32,000 bases of DNA from assembly GCF_000970085.1 (NCBI RefSeq), contig NZ_CP009506.1, forward strand, positions 2,315,186 to 2,347,185. The letters are read 5' to 3'. Shown here piece by piece: positions 27,095-32,000 of this stretch. The position numbers and the translations under genes were made by a program. The number at the start of each line of letters is the position of its first letter. Positions within the stretch are counted from its first letter, which is position 1. The DNA is from Methanosarcina siciliae T4/M (lineage in GTDB: Archaea; Halobacteriota; Methanosarcinia; Methanosarcinales; Methanosarcinaceae). The notes under the pieces were generated by a model. It was not told where the DNA came from and did not search any database. It was given only the letters and a program-made list of their open reading frames with translations.

Positions 27095-27148
27095 TTTTGT
27101 GCTGGCGATACGATACCGGAAAAAGTTCCGGGTATTGAGGGATGAAAC

Positions 27149-27454
27149 ATGTTTTTGTGGCTCGTCTACGACATAACCGATAACAACCTACGGAACAGGG
27201 TCTCGGAAAAATGCCTGGACTTCGGGCTCAGCAGGTTCCAGAAAAGCGTTTTTTTCGGCGAGCTTGACCCTGAAAAGATGAACGGACTTGCAGACGAAAT
27301 CGAGCAGCTACTTGACCATGAAGAGAGGACTGAAGAAGATTCCGTGCTCCTGTCTCCGGTTTGCATGGCCTGCCTGGGAAAAAGGCTCGTAATCGGGAAG
27401 GACTTCAACCCTGAAACATACGCAGAAAAAGAATGCTTATTTATTGCTGAATGA
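27149..27454 (+). CDS. cas2: Cas2
   Basis: The 101-aa ORF starts MFLWLVYDITDNNLRNRVSEKCLDFGLSRFQKSVFFGEL, a ferredoxin-fold Cas2 signature with the conserved N-terminal Asp. It lies directly after cas1. Confidence 0.9.
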   Translation: MFLWLVYDITDNNLRNRVSEKCLDFGLSRFQKSVFFGELDPEKMNGLADEIEQLLDHEERTEEDSVLLSPVCMACLGKRLVIGKDFNPETYAEKECLFIAE

Positions 27455-27571
27455 CCTGAACTGTAAGAGAAAAAGTAACAGGACAATAACAGAAAAGGAA
27501 TTGAAAAATAACAGGAAAGAAAAAAGACAGAAAAAGGAATGAAATAAGAAAAGCAAGGCTCGGGAAAAAGC

Positions 27572-28342
27572 ATGGCAGTAATGATTGCAACCCTCGGAGG
27601 GTCGGGAGATATCGTAAAACTGGGAGTCCGCCTGATGGAAAACGTAGATGAGGTCCTGCTGGTTGCCGGAAAGCCTTTATCCGAGCTCTATCCGGAATCC
27701 GAGATAAAAGCAGGTGCGGAAATCGTGAATCCCCCGGAAAAAGCTTCTGAGCTGGAAAGTCTCCTTGGGGGTTTCGGGATCAGAGTCAAAACCTTCAAAG
27801 TAGACCCCTTTAATTTCAAAGAATGCCTCATAACGATAATCGAATTGATCAATGCCCAGCCCGAAGGAGTCGAAGTTGTTTTAAACGTTACAGGCGGCAC
27901 GAAAATCCTCTCACTTGCAGCCTTGAGTGCTGCAGGCATGTGCCGCTGCAAAGCCTTTGTAATCCAGGAAAAAGGAAACGGTAGCATCAAACTTGAACTC
28001 CCCATGCCTGATCCCGGTTATTTCGAAAAAATCGGAAAGCAGGGAAAAAAGACCCTCTCCTACCTGATGCAGGAAGAAAAGAAGCTAAAAGACCCGACCG
28101 AGCAGTGCAGCGATGAAAAACTCAGGCCCTTCATAAGCAAAAACATAGCAAACCACCTCGGAGTAACGCCTCAGACCCTTAATCCAATCCTCAAGTCCCT
28201 GGAATTTTCCGGGCTTCTCTCCGGCAGGAAAGGCTCGATAAAAAGAGGGGAGCCTGCAGGCGGAAAAAGTGGAGTGAAAATCTGGAGGCTGACCGACGAA
28301 GGAAAAATCTACGCTGCTTATTTCAGTAAAGAAAATCGGTAG
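27572..28342 (+). CDS. csa3: Csa3-like CRISPR-associated regulator (N-terminal CARF domain plus C-terminal winged HTH)
   Basis: The 256-aa ORF has a Rossmann-like N-terminus (VMIATLGGSGDIV) and the CARF signature LNVTGGTKILSLAA. The C-terminus looks like a wHTH (ISKNIANHLGVTPQTLNPILKSLEFSGLLSGRKG...WRLTDEGK). Confidence 0.8.
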   Translation: MAVMIATLGGSGDIVKLGVRLMENVDEVLLVAGKPLSELYPESEIKAGAEIVNPPEKASELESLLGGFGIRVKTFKVDPFNFKECLITIIELINAQPEGVEVVLNVTGGTKILSLAALSAAGMCRCKAFVIQEKGNGSIKLELPMPDPGYFEKIGKQGKKTLSYLMQEEKKLKDPTEQCSDEKLRPFISKNIANHLGVTPQTLNPILKSLEFSGLLSGRKGSIKRGEPAGGKSGVKIWRLTDEGKIYAAYFSKENR

Positions 28343-28509
28343 CCTTTAATTGGGTAGTCAATCGAACTCATCGAAAGTCAGTTGAGCTGAGAATTTCAAG
28401 AAAGGGATCGCAAAGCCCTAATATTTCAGATAACATCTGCTTTCTTCTTTCATCAGGAATAGTATTGTATATTTTTGGATGTATAAAAAACTTCGAAGTC
28501 CATTAAAAT

Positions 28510-28725
28510 TTATTCATGTTCACAAAGTTCTTTAATGTTTACAAATTCATCCTTATGCTCTCTGATAAGTTTTGCTCCGCGTTCACCTAATAGTCGCCTG
28601 TTATGCTCCTGTATTAGCTCCTGTAAAACTCTATTATAATTATTTCTTGTAGCTTCAGGAGCACGTAATTGTTTTTCAAGTGGTCTTGATACAGTTATTA
28701 AGACATTTGTTCCAGCTTCTGACAT
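28510..28725 (-). CDS. Hypothetical small protein (possible ribbon-helix-helix); weak call
   Basis: The 71-aa ORF has a short beta-like segment (VLITVS) followed by helical, basic sequence. It has no clear partner gene and no family I recognise. Confidence 0.25.
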   Translation of the reverse strand: MSEAGTNVLITVSRPLEKQLRAPEATRNNYNRVLQELIQEHNRRLLGERGAKLIREHKDEFVNIKELCEHE

Positions 28726-28893
28726 AACTGTGTTTATAGAAATTATGGTACTTAAAATAATTTTGTATATGAGGTTCTGTCAAATCTACGGGGGACGGAC
28801 AAATTATAAGTTCGATTGTAGTTTTTTGTTTTATCCTTATTTTGCCGGAAGTTGTTTTGCAACAGGAAAAATGCAGTAAGGAAATGGAGGATT

Positions 28894-28930
28894 GTTTCAA
28901 TCCTTGTTTTAGTTGATCTTGTTTTTGAAT
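28894..28930. repeat. Solitary degenerate CRISPR repeat (third sequence variant)
   Basis: GTTTCAATCCTTGTTTTAGTTGATCTTGTTTTTGAAT matches the array repeat over its first 20 nt and then diverges. There is no neighbouring repeat within normal spacer distance. Confidence 0.7.
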
Positions 28931-28995
28931 ACGGACTCGGAAACACACCAAAAGTGTGTATCAAATATATAGTCAAATTAAATTCGATCATAATT

Positions 28996-29224
28996 ATTTC
29001 TTGTAACCGAATATTTTGTCGTATTTTTTATGATCGGTTATGTCAATCACTATTATAAGAATTTTGACGCCTTGATTGCCATTTGTAATTGTGTAAAGCA
29101 TTCTCCAGAAACCGGGGAGTTCTACTCTAAACAGGTTCTTTACTCCATATTAGCTTTTATATTCAGAAGGAATTAATCTTTTACCAGGCGGATTTCCATA
29201 ATGAATATCTTTTAGGAAATTCAA
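28996..29224 (-). pseudogene. RelE/ParE-family toxin remnant with in-frame TAA stop
   Basis: My own minus-strand translation gives (TTG)NFLKDIHYGNPPGKRLIPSEYKS*YGVKNLFRVELPGFWRMLYTITNGNQGVKILIIVIDITDHKKYDKIFGYKK*. The C-terminal part fits the RelE pattern (RVxxxxYRxxYxI...V.ILxIxxHxxxY). The in-frame stop is at 29150-29152. There is no ATG start and no antitoxin gene upstream. Confidence 0.5.
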
Positions 29225-29310
29225 AAATAAAACCTGTATAAATAAATATATTCATTTACAATTAAAATCCAGCTTCTGAATACGTTTAAAAGGAAAAAAA
29301 GTGAGAAAGC

Positions 29311-29937
29311 TTGATCGAACAATCCCAATTACTTTATTTCATTGCAGCTTCTGCAGCCCTTACATTTCTTCCGGGCCCCGATATTCTTTTCGTGCTCACT
29401 CAGAGTATTTCACAGGGCAAAATGGCAGGAATTGCAACCGCAACGGGCCTGTGTACGGGCATACTCGTCCACACCAGTGCAGCTGCCTTAGGAATTTCCG
29501 CCCTTCTGTACAAATCGACCCTTGCCTTCGAAATCGTCAAATATGCCGGAGCAGCCTATTTGCTTTACCTTGCCTGGCAGGCTTTAAGAGAAAGCGGGGA
29601 ACTGGTATCTTCTGCCCCTGTTCGGGAAACAAATGCATTTGCCCTTTACAGGCGCGGGATTTTCATGAATGTCCTGAACCCTAAAGTCGCTCTCTTCTTC
29701 CTCGCATTCCTCCCCCAGTTTGTAAATCTGGAATCGGGAAGTATTCCGATGCAGATGATATTTCTGGGAATAGTGTTCCTTGTACAGGCCTGGCTGATTT
29801 TTTCCGTAATCTCGGTCTTTGCCGGGATAATCGGGGATAAAATCGTACGGAGACCGGGAATCGGGAAATATATTAACTGGGGGAAAGCAGGCATTTTTAC
29901 CGTAATCGGGGTAAAACTTGCGCTGTCCCATAAATGA
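29311..29937 (+). CDS. LysE/RhtB-family amino-acid exporter
   Basis: The 208-aa ORF is a six-helix membrane protein. Its N-terminal motif LTFLPGPDILFVLTQSISQG and the later NPKVALFFLAFLPQF are LysE-family signatures. Confidence 0.9.
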   Translation: MIEQSQLLYFIAASAALTFLPGPDILFVLTQSISQGKMAGIATATGLCTGILVHTSAAALGISALLYKSTLAFEIVKYAGAAYLLYLAWQALRESGELVSSAPVRETNAFALYRRGIFMNVLNPKVALFFLAFLPQFVNLESGSIPMQMIFLGIVFLVQAWLIFSVISVFAGIIGDKIVRRPGIGKYINWGKAGIFTVIGVKLALSHK

Positions 29938-29945
29938 GTCCGTAA

Positions 29946-30773
29946 ATGGGTTACAGATCAAGATCAAAGGTCAATCCACACGTTGATGATGTAACTGATC
30001 AAAAAAAGATAGAACAGATGTTAAAGGAAAATGAACAAAACCTGATCAATGCAAAAAATGGAGCTGAAGATGCAAATAAATCAAAAAGTGAATTTCTTGC
30101 AAAAATGAGTCATGAGTTAAGGACACCCTTAAACGCAGTTATCGGATTTTCTGACCTCTTACTCACCGAATCACCTGGAAAGCTGAATAAAAAGCAGGCT
30201 AGATATGTCAAAAATATAAGGTCTGGTGGAAAGTATTTGCTTGATCTGATAAATGACATTTTAGATCTATCAAAAATTGAAGCGGGAAAAATGGAGCTGC
30301 ATCTTGAATGTTTTGCAGTCCGTGAGACCATCTCCGAGGTACTGGAAACTGTTTCCCCCTTATCTACTGAAAAAAATATTTCCCTGGAGATTTTAATTAG
30401 TAAAGAAGTAGATTTGCTTTATGCTGACAAATCCATGTTTAAGCAAATATTGTATAATCTTGTCAGTAATGCCATTAAATTCACCCCCTCCAATGGGAAA
30501 GTATGTGTGAAAGCAGATATAATTAATGATGAATTATCAGTATCAGTAATAGACAATGGTATTGGGATCTCTTCAGAAAATCAAAAACTCCTGTTTGAAC
30601 CGTTCCAGCAAATAGCATCTTCTTTATCATGCGAATACAAAGGAACGGGTCTAGGCTTGGCAATTGTAAAAAAAGTTGTAAAAATACATGACGGAAATAT
30701 CAATGTTCAAAGTGAAATTGGGAAAGGAAGCACATTCATCTTTACTCTTCCGTTGGATAAGCTAAAGAAATAA
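29946..30773 (+). CDS. Histidine kinase core (HisKA plus HATPase_c) lacking any sensor domain
   Basis: The 275-aa ORF has the H-box [25 protein letters not shown], the N-box [13 protein letters not shown], the G1 box VIDNGIGI and the G2 box [11 protein letters not shown]. Its N-terminus ([12 protein letters not shown]) looks like the linker that normally follows a PAS domain. Confidence 0.85.
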   Translation: MGYRSRSKVNPHVDDVTDQKKIEQMLKENEQNLINAKNGAEDANKSKSEFLAKMSHELRTPLNAVIGFSDLLLTESPGKLNKKQARYVKNIRSGGKYLLDLINDILDLSKIEAGKMELHLECFAVRETISEVLETVSPLSTEKNISLEILISKEVDLLYADKSMFKQILYNLVSNAIKFTPSNGKVCVKADIINDELSVSVIDNGIGISSENQKLLFEPFQQIASSLSCEYKGTGLGLAIVKKVVKIHDGNINVQSEIGKGSTFIFTLPLDKLKK

Positions 30774-30875
30774 ATCCTTTATATTTATCCTCAAGCCTTT
30801 CTCATTGATCCGGGCACTCTCTAACATGTGCAAGCGTAAAAGGTTTGTCTGCTTTCGCATTTACTCACTTCGAAT

Positions 30876-32000
30876 TTACTCACTGAACTCATCAAGGATG
30901 TTTCTCCTGACCCAGATCCTGAATACGTTGTCCAGGATACCGTACATTCCTTCTTCCGGTTTTTCAATTGTCATCGTGTTGTAAAGATCTCTCATCGAGG
31001 TTGTCAGCGAGGAGGCAGGCGTCTGCATATCTGATGAGATTTCGCTTAATCTGCGGTATTTCTCCCTTGACAGGAATTTCAGGATGGTTTTTTGCTGATC
31101 GCTGAATTTCCATTCGTACCTGGATTCAAATTCACTATCGAATTCGTTTAGCATGGAATTGAATGCATTTTCAACATCGACATCATCAATAGTATTTTTA
31201 TTTTTCAGAACTGAGTTCTGATAGAGAATAAATCCTATTTTCTGGAAATAGAAAGGAAAGCCTCCGGTACATGCATATATTCTTTCCAGCGCGCTGTCAG
31301 TAATCCGTATGTTCTGGGTCAGGAGACGGTCCCGTATATATTTTTTAACATGCTGTTCTTCTATGGGCTCAAGTTGAATTCTTGCAGTCATGAGGTACAG
31401 CGGAGAATCAGGTTTTAGAAATACTTCATGCAGCAGGGATACCGAAGACCCTGAGAAGATGTATCTGACCGAAGACTGGCTGTCCATCTGGCTCTTTAAT
31501 ATGTTGAAAATATATCCGTTAAATCTCCTTAATTCCTGAAACTCATCAAAAGCAAGAATTATCGGTTCTTTCTTTTCTCCTGAAAATCCCCTGATGAAAT
31601 CAAAAGTTTCAGCTACCAGTTCCTGTTCGTTAACGTCTTTTTCCCGGAACCTGAGATAAACATTCCCTATGTGTTCGATGCTGCCCCCGATCTCAGAAAG
31701 TGATTTATAGGCAGCCGTGATTTTTCCTCTAAATACCCGGGAATATTTCTGCACAAGCCCTTTAAGCTGGTGTTTTTCCTCGTATGCTGCAAGCAAAGCT
31801 CGCGTAACAACCCTGAAGAAGTCACTCAGACCTGTCATTTCTCTGCAATTTATGGTAACGAAGAGAACCTCGTCTTCAACACGTGTTTTAAGGTTCCTGA
31901 GCAGGGAAGTCTTCCCGATTCTGCGCGGCCCTATGATAACATTATTCTGTGCCAGGGTTTCTATGTCCAGCTTCATTTTTTCAATTTCATTTTCCCGTCC
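30876..32000 (-). CDS. Archaeal ATPase (Arch_ATPase/PF01637-like) with C-terminal wHTH; 5' end probably beyond the window
   Basis: Walker A is GPRRIGKTSLL and Walker B is ILAFDEFQEL. The reading frame stays open upstream of the annotated Met to the window edge (GRENEIEKMKLD...). That stretch matches the usual F-x-(G/D)-R-E-x-E-L N-terminal motif of this family. Confidence 0.8.
   Translation of the reverse strand, partial: GRENEIEKMKLDIETLAQNNVIIGPRRIGKTSLLRNLKTRVEDEVLFVTINCREMTGLSDFFRVVTRALLAAYEEKHQLKGLVQKYSRVFRGKITAAYKSLSEIGGSIEHIGNVYLRFREKDVNEQELVAETFDFIRGFSGEKKEPIILAFDEFQELRRFNGYIFNILKSQMDSQSSVRYIFSGSSVSLLHEVFLKPDSPLYLMTARIQLEPIEEQHVKKYIRDRLLTQNIRITDSALERIYACTGGFPFYFQKIGFILYQNSVLKNKNTIDDVDVENAFNSMLNEFDSEFESRYEWKFSDQQKTILKFLSREKYRRLSEISSDMQTPASSLTTSMRDLYNTMTIEKPEEGMYGILDNVFRIWVRRNILDEFSE

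Noticed and set aside
27490-27505. GGAATTGAAAAA in the cas2-csa3 spacer resembles the crRNA 5' tag region GGATTGAAAC.
   Set aside because: It is on the opposite strand relative to the arrays, has an indel and a mismatch, and lies within a generally A/G-rich tract. This is probably coincidence.
28676-28991. ORFs 28676-28951 and 28752-28991 (minus) and 28852-29058 (plus) around the solitary repeat.
   Set aside because: They are mutually overlapping and low-complexity, span the orphan CRISPR repeat and lack start context. They are most likely non-coding island-edge DNA.

Overview
This is an archaeal-looking accessory region, probably from a Methanosarcina-like methanogen. That call is an inference from AT-rich intergenic DNA with TTTATATA-type boxes, Arch_ATPase and DUF4143 ATPases, an IS1634-type transposase and the 37-bp repeat family. 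The core (about 9.2-28.4 kb) is a complete CRISPR-Cas locus. Two arrays share a 37-bp repeat (19 and 25 repeats). Homologous leaders and the repeat polarity (crRNA-sense repeat ends ...ATTGAAAC) show that both are transcribed on the minus strand. Between them lies one long minus-strand gene string: standalone group-II-intron-like reverse transcriptase, cas6, cmr1, cmr6, cas10, cmr4, cmr5, cmr3, then an 818-aa P-loop NTPase with C-terminal HEAT-like repeats. A cas1-cas2-csa3 (CARF-HTH) module runs divergently from the array 2 leader. The gene order, and a Cas10 that keeps the HD motif but has no GGDD cyclase motif, fit subtype III-C. The most interesting observations are: (1) the 818-aa gene wedged between cmr3 and the array 1 leader, whose N-terminus looks like a palm/cyclase domain (YIDILGF ... 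GRDDW ... ALGSVSY); (2) a conserved palindrome-containing 5' module shared by the RT and cas1 genes, which is a candidate Csa3 operator; (3) a block-mosaic of two repeat variants, with a 63-bp spacer at one junction; (4) leader and repeat relics. The flanks carry housekeeping or accessory genes (DUF389 membrane protein, TPR protein, DUF4143 ATPase, LysE exporter, short histidine kinase, Arch_ATPase), an IS1634-family element, a RelE-like pseudogene and two clusters of about 34-bp iteron-like tandem repeats. All homology statements rest on motif recognition by eye. No database search was run.
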